Shown here one piece after another: positions 1 through 7,679 of a DNA stretch of 64,000 nt. The translations under genes were made by a program, and so were the position numbers. The notes beneath the pieces are model-generated. The model did not search any database, was not told where the DNA came from, and saw nothing but the letters and a program-made list of their open reading frames with translations. The stretch comes from an uncultured Actinomycetes bacterium (lineage in GTDB: Bacteria > Actinomycetota > UBA4738 > JBBDTT01): positions 928,001 through 992,000 of the forward strand of contig CAVUMN010000004.1 in the NCBI GenBank assembly GCA_963742735.1, read 5' to 3'. Within the stretch, counting starts at the first letter, position 1. Each line of letters opens with the position of its first letter.

Positions 1-3
1 TTC

Positions 4-441
4 GTGGCCAATGTCCGGGATCGGACGGAGGCGGAGGATTTGACGGCAGACGTGTTCGTGGAAGCGGCGCAACGCATCCGGGCGTTCGAGGGGAACGGGC
101 CGGCCTTCGCGGGCTGGCTCTTCGCCATGGCGCGCAACGACCTGGCCGACATCCGCCGGCGACTTCGCCGGCGCATCGTCGAGCCCATGGCCGAGCCGCC
201 CGAGCCGCCCATGCAGGAGGACCACGCCGACTCCGTCGCCAGCCGCCTGGATGCCGGCTCGATCCTGTGGGCCGTCCAGCGCCTCACCGACGACCAGCGC
301 CAGATCGTCACCCTCAAGTTCGCCGGCGGCCTGTCCAACGAGGAGATCTCGGAGGCCACCGGGAAGCCCGTCACGGCGGTGAAGAGCCTGCAGCACCGGG
401 CCCTGTCCACGCTCAAGCGCCTGCTGGAGGCGGGACCGTGA
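4..441 (+). CDS. ECF RNA polymerase sigma-70 factor (BldN/SigE-like; 5' end probably outside the window)
   Basis: Region 2 AEDLTADVF..FAGWLFAMARN and region 4 LTDDQRQIVTLKF..LSNEEIS..GKPVTAVKSLQHRAL. Confidence 0.9.
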   Translation: MANVRDRTEAEDLTADVFVEAAQRIRAFEGNGPAFAGWLFAMARNDLADIRRRLRRRIVEPMAEPPEPPMQEDHADSVASRLDAGSILWAVQRLTDDQRQIVTLKFAGGLSNEEISEATGKPVTAVKSLQHRALSTLKRLLEAGP

Positions 442-1412
442 GGCGGCGGAAGATCGATCCGGAGATCCTGGACCGCGCGATCGGTCAGCCGATCGGCGCC
501 CAGGAGGAGCTCGAGGACCTGCTTCGCGTCTCCCAGGCCCTGTCCGAGGCCTTCGACATCGAGCCCCGCAAGCAGGCCGTCGCCCAGCACCGCGCGGCCG
601 CCCTCGCCGCGTTCCGTGTCCCGGCCCCCCTCCCCGGCCGGGCCGCGCGCGAGCTGGCCAGCCCGTGGGAGTGGCTCCCGCAGCTGCGCGTGCGGGCCCT
701 CGCCACCGCGGCCATCGTGATCGGCGTGCTCGGCGCGCTGCTCGCCGGCTCGTACGGCTCGCTTCCGGGCGACACGCTGTACGGCGTGAAGCTCGCCGCC
801 GAGGAGGTCCGCCTGGCCGCGGCCGTCGACTCTTTCGACAAGGCCGTGGTCCACCTGGACATCGCCGACGCGCGCATCGACGAGGTCGTGAAGGCCCACG
901 AGGCCGGACGCACCGACGCCATGCGCGAGAGCCTTCGTCGCTACTCCGAGTCGATCATCGCCGTGGAGACCGAGCTCCGGACGGGCGACGTCAGCGACGC
1001 CCAGGCCCGCGAGGTCCTGATCGCCGCCGCGGCCACCCTGGAGGACCAGCAGGGCGTCCTGGAGGAGCTCGCCCCCGAGACGCCGGCGCCGGCCCAGCCG
1101 GACCTCGAGGACGCCCTCGACACGCTCGAGGAGCTCGAGATCCCGCCGCCGCCTCCGGCGGACGACGAGCCGTCGCCCGGTCCCGCCACGCCGACGCCGA
1201 CCGAGTCGGTTTCCCCGACGCCGGCCGAGACCCCGAGCGAGGAGCCGACCCCGACGGAGTCCGAGTCGCCGGCGCCCGAGCCGTCCGAGTCCGTGGCCCC
1301 TCCCGAGGAGTCCGGTGAGGGCGACGCGGCGGGAGATCCCGGAGCGAATGGGTCGCAGTCCGAGGCCGTCACCGAGTCCGGCGCCGGGGCCGAGCAAGCC
1401 CCGCTGGCCTAG
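438..1412 (+). CDS. Putative anti-sigma factor, DUF5667 (RsbN-like) domain, one TM helix, Pro/Glu/Ser-rich tail
   Basis: GTGA overlap with the sigma gene; TM helix followed by SLPGDTLYGVKLAAEEVRL...ADARIDE, typical of DUF5667. Confidence 0.8.
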   Translation: MRRRKIDPEILDRAIGQPIGAQEELEDLLRVSQALSEAFDIEPRKQAVAQHRAAALAAFRVPAPLPGRAARELASPWEWLPQLRVRALATAAIVIGVLGALLAGSYGSLPGDTLYGVKLAAEEVRLAAAVDSFDKAVVHLDIADARIDEVVKAHEAGRTDAMRESLRRYSESIIAVETELRTGDVSDAQAREVLIAAAATLEDQQGVLEELAPETPAPAQPDLEDALDTLEELEIPPPPPADDEPSPGPATPTPTESVSPTPAETPSEEPTPTESESPAPEPSESVAPPEESGEGDAAGDPGANGSQSEAVTESGAGAEQAPLA

Positions 1413-1477
1413 GTCCCGAATCTCCCGCTCCGCCCGTATCCGGACCCGGATTTCGTCGCTTCAACCGTTGAGCCAGA

Positions 1478-1659
1478 CCGTCCCCAGCTCCCCTGGTGGC
1501 GGAACGGCCCGCAGCACACACAAGGCCAGGGAGCCGCGAGCGGAACGCGTTCCCGGGGTGGCGGTCTACGGGCAATCGCCTTCCCAACTCGCGAATCGCA
1601 CGCGGCTCCCGCGGCTCGTCAGGGCGGGGGGAGCGGGCACCCCCCGCCCTGGCGCGTTT
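1478..1659 (+). ncRNA. Candidate structured small RNA 1 (family unknown)
   Basis: Non-coding gap. Hairpin 1478-1502 with a CUCCC loop; perfect 10-bp helix GGGAGCCGCG 1529-1538 / CGCGGCTCCC 1601-1610 enclosing further hairpins; 15-bp terminator-like stem 1617-1654. Confidence 0.45.
1617..1659 (+). terminator. Strong GC hairpin, putative intrinsic terminator
   Basis: CGTCAGGGCGGGGGG-N8-CCCCCCGCCCTGGCG followed by CGTTT. Confidence 0.55.
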
Positions 1660-1685
1660 CCCGTCCCGATCCCCTCGCCTTCGGG

Positions 1686-1716
1686 TTGCTCCCCGCCGAA
1701 TTCCCGGGCGTAGAAT
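1686..1716 (+). promoter_or_regulatory. Putative housekeeping sigma promoter for the downstream structured RNA or leader
   Basis: -10 TAGAAT at 1711-1716; possible -35 TTGCTC at 1686-1691 (19-nt spacer, longer than usual). Confidence 0.5.
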
Positions 1717-1722
1717 CGCTCC

Positions 1723-1870
1723 CGAGAGGTCTTCGGACCACTCGCGAAGGGAGCGGTACCCACGCTCGGTCTGCCGCGGGAGGCAGGTTCGAGGACAGAC
1801 CCCCCTCGGGGGGCCGGTCCCCGAACAGGTGCAGCCAAGAGCGCTTTGGTAGCTGCTCCCTTCGTCTTTG
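1723..1870 (+). ncRNA. Candidate structured RNA 2 (rod-like sRNA or regulatory leader)
   Basis: 5' hairpin with a C(UUCG)G tetraloop at 1723-1744; rod closed by the perfect helix CGAAGGGAGC 1745-1754 / GCTCCCTTCG 1855-1864; followed by TCTTTGT. Confidence 0.5.
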
Positions 1871-1898
1871 TCCGCCTCAGCAAGCCGAGGTGCCATGC

Positions 1899-2567
1899 GT
1901 GAGTGACGAGCCGGGAGGGCGCGGTGTGGCGTTGGTCCTGGCGGTCGCGGCCGTCCTGGCCGCCGGGCTTGCGGCGCGCTCGGCACTGCTCTCGTCCTCG
2001 GCGGCCGGGGCCCGTCAGATGGCCGTCCGGACCGAGCTGAAGCTCGGGGCGGCCATGGTCGAGGACGTTCGCTACGTCTACAACACCGAAGGCCCGCGGG
2101 CGTTCCGGATCGCGGCGGCCCGGATCCGGTCCGAGGAGTACCGGCGGCGCGCCGGCGCCTCCCGCGGCGACGTTGCCGCCGCCCTGCGTATCGAGGCGAA
2201 CGCGCAGCGGCTCACCGCCGACGCCCTCGCGCAGTCGGAGGCCGACCTCGACTTTCCGAGCATCGCCGCCGACGACACCTACCTCACTCCCTCCGGCGGC
2301 TACGACCTCGGCCGGCGCCTGACCGACGTCCGCGCGGAGAACCCGGACCTGGTGGTGCTCGACCCCGCCGGCATCCAGGCGGAGGGGGAGCGCAAGGCCG
2401 ACCTCGCGGTGAAGCTGCTCGGCGCGACCGTGCCGGTGGGCTTCGCGTTCATGTTCGGGGCCCTGGCCCAGGCGTACGCGCGCCGGCGGCGGGGGCTCCT
2501 GGTGGGGGCGTGGATCGCACTGGGAGTGGCCGCCGTGATCGCCGTCCTGATCGAGGTGACGGCCTGA
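1899..2567 (+). CDS. Membrane protein (DUF4337-like topology: N-terminal TM, helical ectodomain, two C-terminal TMs)
   Basis: GTG start after GAGG; hydrophobic segments at both ends; coupled to the next gene by TGATG. Confidence 0.7.
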   Translation: MSDEPGGRGVALVLAVAAVLAAGLAARSALLSSSAAGARQMAVRTELKLGAAMVEDVRYVYNTEGPRAFRIAAARIRSEEYRRRAGASRGDVAAALRIEANAQRLTADALAQSEADLDFPSIAADDTYLTPSGGYDLGRRLTDVRAENPDLVVLDPAGIQAEGERKADLAVKLLGATVPVGFAFMFGALAQAYARRRRGLLVGAWIALGVAAVIAVLIEVTA

Positions 2568-3244
2568 TGTCCGTGGTCGACATCGAGCTCGCCCACGAGG
2601 TCGACGAGACGCCCTATCCGCGGCGGCTCGCGGCGCTGGTAGGGGTCGTGGCCGTCGTGGCCGCCCTGCTGGGGGTCCTGCAGATGCACGCCAACACCCA
2701 GGAGGGCCGCTCGCAGGCCCGGTCGTCGCGCCTCACCGCCGAGATCGCCCGGGGGCTGGAGGTGCAGGGCCTGGTGTTCGCCTTCCAGGGGCCCACCATC
2801 CAGATCGTCCTGTCCGAGGGCATCGCCGCCAACTCCCGCGCCCTGGCGGCGCTCCAGGCGGGCGAGGGGTCCGCGGTGGCCGGCGCGGCGGCCGAGGTGG
2901 AGGGAGAGGTCATCACCCGCCTCTCGGGGATCATCGACGAGATGTCGGCGCCGCCGGGCGAGGAGAGCGGGCTCGACCCGGTGACCCTGGAGACGTTGCG
3001 GCGCGACCTGGAGGGGCTCTCCGCGCTGGCCGACGAGCAGAACCGGGAGGTCGACCGGGCCGAGCGGTTCGGCCTGATGGGCGACCGCGCCGTGCTCGCC
3101 CTGACGATCGTCGCGCTGGCGGCGGTGCTCCTGGGCCTGGCCGGGGTCGTCGGGGCCGGCCGGGGCGGGAGGATCGTCCTGGTCTCCGCGCTCGTGGCCG
3201 TCCTGGCCTCGATCGGGACCGGCGCCTGGTCGCTGCTCTCCTAG
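2567..3244 (+). CDS. Membrane protein (DUF4337-like topology), probable paralog or partner of the upstream gene
   Basis: ATG overlaps the upstream TGA; same TM-ectodomain-2TM layout. Confidence 0.75.
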   Translation: MSVVDIELAHEVDETPYPRRLAALVGVVAVVAALLGVLQMHANTQEGRSQARSSRLTAEIARGLEVQGLVFAFQGPTIQIVLSEGIAANSRALAALQAGEGSAVAGAAAEVEGEVITRLSGIIDEMSAPPGEESGLDPVTLETLRRDLEGLSALADEQNREVDRAERFGLMGDRAVLALTIVALAAVLLGLAGVVGAGRGGRIVLVSALVAVLASIGTGAWSLLS

Positions 3245-3254
3245 GCGCGCCGGC

Positions 3255-4460
3255 TCAGCCGCCCACCGCGGTGGCCCCGACGAACTCGAAGTGCATCCCG
3301 TCGGGGACGAGCCAGCGCCCGCCCCAGGTGAACCCCCACCGCTCGAAGATCGCCACCAGGCGCTGGTCCATCGTGGGGACGCGGCCGAAGAGGTTCTGGG
3401 AGACGTTCAGGTCGAGGGCCGCCCCCCAAGCGTGGTGGGAGATGCCGGCGCCGGGGTCGCGGTTCAGGAACCTCGGGCCGTAGCAGCCACCGAAGTCCCC
3501 GGTGTCGATCAGGCGGGCGAGGCCGGCGCGCCGGATCTCCTCCATCGCCCCCCGCAGCTGGGGGAACAGGGCCCGCGCGCACCGGACGTCGCCGAGGATC
3601 GGGACCGCCTCGGTGGCGATGTGCTCGGCCTCCCAGGCCGGGTCGACCCGCAGCCAGCCGTCGGCCGTCGGCCGGGCCGCGAACTCCCCGAAGATCGTCT
3701 TGAACGTGACCGGCGGCAGTACGGCGTCGCCGTGGCGGAAGTACGGGGTCTCCCCGGGCGCGCGCAGCCGAAGGGCCGTCCCGGGCGGCACCAGCGAGCG
3801 GACCGCCGCGGCCAGCCGGTTTCGGGGCGTGCCGGGGACCGGATCCAGGAGGGCGTACCGCGGCCGGGTCACCCCGAGGCGGCCGCCGAGCTCCAGGGAC
3901 GCGAGGACCTCGTGGGCGCCCAGGAACTCGTCGGGGAGGACCCCCGCCACGCGGGCGCTCGTGCCCCCGAACCTGAGGATCCCGCCCTCGCCGAGCCGGC
4001 GGAGCTCCGCCGAGGCGGCGCCGAGGATCACCTCCCCGCGCGACAGCGCCGCCACGAGCGCGCGCTCCGCCGGCGGGACGAACGGCCGGTAAGCGGCGGG
4101 GTCGACCGCGGCGAGCTCCAGGGGGACGGCCAGGCCGCCGGGAGGCCGGTCGACGATCGCTCCCGAGGCGGAGCGGGACTCCGTCAGCCAGGCCGTGCCG
4201 CTCATGACCACGACCGCGTGCCGGATCGAGCCGAGCGCCCGGGCCCGGCTGGCGAACCCGTCGGGCATCCGTCCGGGGGTCCACGCCAGGAACGCGCCCG
4301 GGGCCTCGGCGACGCGAGGCGGGGCCGGGGCGACGGCGATGGGTGCCTCGGGCGCGAGGGGCGGCACGTCCGGACCCTGCACGGCGAGGGTCAGCAGGGC
4401 GCCGGCGACGAAGCCCACCAGGACCGCCAGCCCGCGCGCGACGCGGCCCCGGCGCCTCAC
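3255..4460 (-). CDS. Membrane-anchored M15-family zinc peptidoglycan peptidase with an N-terminal MacB/FtsX-like extracytoplasmic domain
   Basis: GTG overlaps the upstream stop; N-terminal TM; M15 motifs GCYGPR, SHHAWGAALDLN, WGGRW..DGMHFE. Confidence 0.85.
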   Translation of the reverse strand: MRRRGRVARGLAVLVGFVAGALLTLAVQGPDVPPLAPEAPIAVAPAPPRVAEAPGAFLAWTPGRMPDGFASRARALGSIRHAVVVMSGTAWLTESRSASGAIVDRPPGGLAVPLELAAVDPAAYRPFVPPAERALVAALSRGEVILGAASAELRRLGEGGILRFGGTSARVAGVLPDEFLGAHEVLASLELGGRLGVTRPRYALLDPVPGTPRNRLAAAVRSLVPPGTALRLRAPGETPYFRHGDAVLPPVTFKTIFGEFAARPTADGWLRVDPAWEAEHIATEAVPILGDVRCARALFPQLRGAMEEIRRAGLARLIDTGDFGGCYGPRFLNRDPGAGISHHAWGAALDLNVSQNLFGRVPTMDQRLVAIFERWGFTWGGRWLVPDGMHFEFVGATAVGG

Positions 4461-6424
4461 AACGGCTCCAGCTTCGCGACCAGGCGCAGGATGGCCTCGA
4501 GGTCCAGCCCGGGCGCCGCCGCCGAGTGGTACACGCCGTCCTCCACCCACTCCAGCTCGTGGCGGGTGGGCGACCACCGGCCCATCGCGCCGCGCACCTC
4601 CTGCTGGATCTGATCGGTCCCCGTCGGCGGCGGCAGGGGCTGGCCGGGCGCCTGATGCAGGCGGAAGCCGTACGCGGAGGCCTCGAACCCGGCGCGGCGG
4701 TAGACGATCGTCACGCCGGCCTCCATCCCGTTGGTGGTCGTGTAGAGGGCGCCGGCGAGGTCCATGCCGTCCACGGGCCCCGAGGGGACCAGCAGGGGGC
4801 CGGCCGAGCGCGCCGCGGCCACGCCGAGCGAGACGCGCTCGACGAGGGTGTCTCCCGGCCCCGCGCGGGTGTTCCACGACGGGGGCGGCTCGAGCCCGAT
4901 CACGGGGATGGACCCGGCGACCAGAAGCAGGTCGGCGCGGGGGAGGTTCGACTCCAGGTACAGGTCCCATCCCTGGGCGTGGACGGCCAGGCGGCGGCCG
5001 GTGCGCGTGCCGGCCGGCTCGTAGAAGGCCACCCCGCCGTTGGGCAGCTCGACCCGCTCGGCGAGCATCCCCACGTTGCCGAACAGCGCCGGGGTGCGGT
5101 GGGTCCTGGTCTCGTGGACCCGCAGCCACGCCAGCCCGCGCGCATAGGACAGCACCGACTCGCGCGTTCCCCGGAACGTCCCGCTCCGGTACGCGTCGAG
5201 GCCCGCGGTGTTCGAGGGCTCGAGCGGTTCGAAGCCGGCCGCCGTCGCCAGGGCCTGGCCGGTGGCGTCGACGAAGCCCCGGTCCCGGGCCGAGGCGGGC
5301 GGCCCCGCGAACCAGGCCTCGGGCTCCTCCGCCGCCCCGGGCTCGTTGAGGACGAACCGCGTGACCTCGGCCTGCAGGACGACGGTCCCCGGGGGCTCGA
5401 GGCCGATGCCGTTGGCGGCGGCCCACGCCTCCCGGTCGGCCCCGCCCGCGGAGGCCACCTGGAATCGCAGCGGCAGCCACGCCTCCCGGTCCAGCCACAC
5501 GTCGACGGGGTCCGAGGGGTACTGGGGGCGCCACGAGCCGGCCTGCTGGAAGAACTCGAACAGGGGAGCGAGCTGCTCCGCCGGGGCGCGCACGCGGAGC
5601 GCGTCGCGGTCCAGGACGACGTCGGGACCCAGGACCGTGACCCGTTCCGATCCGGCCAGGGCGATGACCGGGAGGACGCCATCGGTGGGCATGGGGGCGT
5701 CGGCGTCGAACGGCGCGCGGCCGGTGAACGAGCGCTCGATGTTCGCGACCGGGCCGCAGGTGGGGGCGGCGGCCGCGGGGCAGGCCTGGGGTCCGGTGAG
5801 CGACCACCGGTCGGCCAGGACCCGCAGCGAGTGGTCGTTGCGGCCCGGGAGGGTGGCCGGGTAGCGGGTGAGGTCGTGCAGGTCGATGCGGAACGCCTCG
5901 GGCGCGCGGAACTCGACGTCGGCGCGGAAGCTGCGCTCGGCGACGTCCGGGCGCCAGCCCCGCTCGGTGATGTCGAAGCTCGCGGCGTAGGACGTGACCC
6001 GAGGGGCCGAGGCGAACACCAGGGCGGGGACCTCGGACGCGCCGGCCACCTTCGGCTCGCGGCGCAGGATCAGGCCGCCGGACACGATCGCGGCTCCCGC
6101 GACGGCTCCGGCCAGGGCGGCCACCGCCACCCGGCCCGCGTTGGACCACCGGCCGGAGGCGCGGTGGACCCCGCGGCGGCGGGAGGGCGCGAGGACGCGG
6201 ACCGTCCGGGCCTCGGCGCGGACGCGCTCCATGATCGGGCCGACCAGGTCGGGGACGTGCTCGGCGACCTCGAACCGCACGGCCTGGCGGACCCGGGCCG
6301 CGCGGTCGGCGAAGGCCTGGCAGCGGGGGCACGTGCGGGCGTGCTCGGCGTCGTTCGCCCGCATGGGCCGGACCTCGCCGTCCATCCGCTCCGACAGGGC
6401 CGCCTGGACGTGGTCACACACCAT
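4457..6424 (-). CDS. Zinc-binding (zf-HC2/ZAS) anti-sigma factor with a large extracytoplasmic LolA/RseB-like region
   Basis: MVCDHVQAALSERMDGE...HARTCPRC, then a TM helix; overlaps the ECF sigma gene. Confidence 0.85.
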   Translation of the reverse strand: MVCDHVQAALSERMDGEVRPMRANDAEHARTCPRCQAFADRAARVRQAVRFEVAEHVPDLVGPIMERVRAEARTVRVLAPSRRRGVHRASGRWSNAGRVAVAALAGAVAGAAIVSGGLILRREPKVAGASEVPALVFASAPRVTSYAASFDITERGWRPDVAERSFRADVEFRAPEAFRIDLHDLTRYPATLPGRNDHSLRVLADRWSLTGPQACPAAAAPTCGPVANIERSFTGRAPFDADAPMPTDGVLPVIALAGSERVTVLGPDVVLDRDALRVRAPAEQLAPLFEFFQQAGSWRPQYPSDPVDVWLDREAWLPLRFQVASAGGADREAWAAANGIGLEPPGTVVLQAEVTRFVLNEPGAAEEPEAWFAGPPASARDRGFVDATGQALATAAGFEPLEPSNTAGLDAYRSGTFRGTRESVLSYARGLAWLRVHETRTHRTPALFGNVGMLAERVELPNGGVAFYEPAGTRTGRRLAVHAQGWDLYLESNLPRADLLLVAGSIPVIGLEPPPSWNTRAGPGDTLVERVSLGVAAARSAGPLLVPSGPVDGMDLAGALYTTTNGMEAGVTIVYRRAGFEASAYGFRLHQAPGQPLPPPTGTDQIQQEVRGAMGRWSPTRHELEWVEDGVYHSAAAPGLDLEAILRLVAKLEPL

Positions 6425-6941
6425 CGGCGGCCTCCTCGGACTCGGTGAGCGAGGCGATGAGGGCCTGCCGCGCGCGGTGGACCCGGCTCTTCACGGTGCC
6501 CTCGCGGGTCTGCAGGACGTTCGCGGCGTCGGCGTAGGGGAGCCCGAACACCTCCACGAGCAGGAACGGTTCGCGCAGGCGCGCGGGGAGGGCGTCGAGG
6601 GCCATGGAGATCTCCACGCGGGCCTGATGGTCGGGCGCGGGGACGGGGTCGAAGCGGACCGGCGGGCGCCCCTCGCGGCGGGTCGCGTCGGTCGCGCAGT
6701 TGCGCACGATCCGGAACAGCCACGAGCTGAACTTCGAGTCGCCGCGGAAGCCGGAGAGGAACCGGTACGCGCGGACCAGGGCTTCCTGGGCGATATCGTC
6801 GGCCAGGGAGCGGTCGCGGACCAGGGAGCGGGCGAAGCGCCAGACGTCGGCCTGGTAGGCGCGCACGAGGGCCTCGAACGCGTCGAGGTCGCCCTCCTGC
6901 GCCCTTCGGAGCAGCCCCGGATCCGGCTCCTGCACCCGCAC
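6414..6941 (-). CDS. ECF RNA polymerase sigma-70 factor (SigW/SigM-like)
   Basis: GDLDAFEALV..ADDIAQEALVRAY..SKFSSWLFRIVRN; GTVKSRVHRAR. Confidence 0.92.
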   Translation of the reverse strand: MRVQEPDPGLLRRAQEGDLDAFEALVRAYQADVWRFARSLVRDRSLADDIAQEALVRAYRFLSGFRGDSKFSSWLFRIVRNCATDATRREGRPPVRFDPVPAPDHQARVEISMALDALPARLREPFLLVEVFGLPYADAANVLQTREGTVKSRVHRARQALIASLTESEEAADGV

Positions 6942-6957
6942 CTCCGACCGGCCGGGG

Positions 6958-7614
6958 TCAGCCTACGTCCCCCGGGTCGGGGCGGGCGCCTCGGCGACCG
7001 AGGAACAGGCCCACCACCAGCGCGAGCATGGCCCAGGCGAGGATCTCGGAGACGGGCTTGGAGCCGAGCCGGGACTCGTCGACGCGGCCGCCGGCGAGCT
7101 CGACCGTCTCGGGGGTCGCAAGCCGCACGGCGGCGATCGCCTTGGCCAGGCGCTCTTCGGCCGCGGCCAGGCGTTCGTCGGTTGACTCCTCGGGAAGGCC
7201 GTCCAGGACGGTGACTTCTTCGTCGACGTGCTCGACTGCCTTGCCCTCAACCACGATCCGACCGGCCATGCCGCTGTGGTACGAGCAGACGTAGGGGTAC
7301 CTGCCGGGCCGGTTGAAGCGAACCGTGTACAGGCCCTCGAGGTCCTTGCTGTCGAACAGGCCGAATGCCGTGACCGTATGCGGCACGACGATGCCTATGG
7401 GCGCCCACGTCACCGATTGTCCGGCAGTGATGTTCAGGGTCCTTGATGTGAAGCAGTAGTCGCGTACCCACACGGTCAGCGCCGGTGGCTTCTGTGTCGC
7501 GGGAGGGCAAACGGCGCCGCCGCCGCCACCGCCGGCCGAGGCCGGGGCCGGGGCGAGCCCGAGCAGCAGGAACAGGGCGGCCGTGAGCAGCGCGGCGCGT
7601 CGAATGGCTCTCAC
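6958..7614 (-). CDS. Secreted cupredoxin (plastocyanin/azurin-like) with a C-terminal membrane anchor
   Basis: SD GAAAGGAG then GTG; signal peptide; type-1 copper ligands PHTV and CSYHSGM; C-terminal TM. Confidence 0.85.
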   Translation of the reverse strand: MRAIRRAALLTAALFLLLGLAPAPASAGGGGGGAVCPPATQKPPALTVWVRDYCFTSRTLNITAGQSVTWAPIGIVVPHTVTAFGLFDSKDLEGLYTVRFNRPGRYPYVCSYHSGMAGRIVVEGKAVEHVDEEVTVLDGLPEESTDERLAAAEERLAKAIAAVRLATPETVELAGGRVDESRLGSKPVSEILAWAMLALVVGLFLGRRGARPDPGDVG

Positions 7615-7650
7615 GATCGATCTCCTTTCGGAACGGATCCCACGTAGAGG

Positions 7651-7677
7651 GGACCGTCCGAACGGGCCGATCGTTCC
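7651..7677 (-). promoter_or_regulatory. Putative ECF-sigma promoter (possible autoregulation of the cupredoxin-sigma-antisigma-peptidase operon)
   Basis: Minus-strand GGAACG-N16-GGTCC upstream of the first gene of the operon. Confidence 0.35.
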
Positions 7678-7679
7678 GG

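Noticed and set aside
1440-1660. Hammerhead (minus-strand CTGACGA...CGAAA), HDV-like ribozyme or cobalamin riboswitch
   Set aside because: Core fragments are present, but the required stems, cleavage triplet, pseudoknot partner and B12 box are missing.
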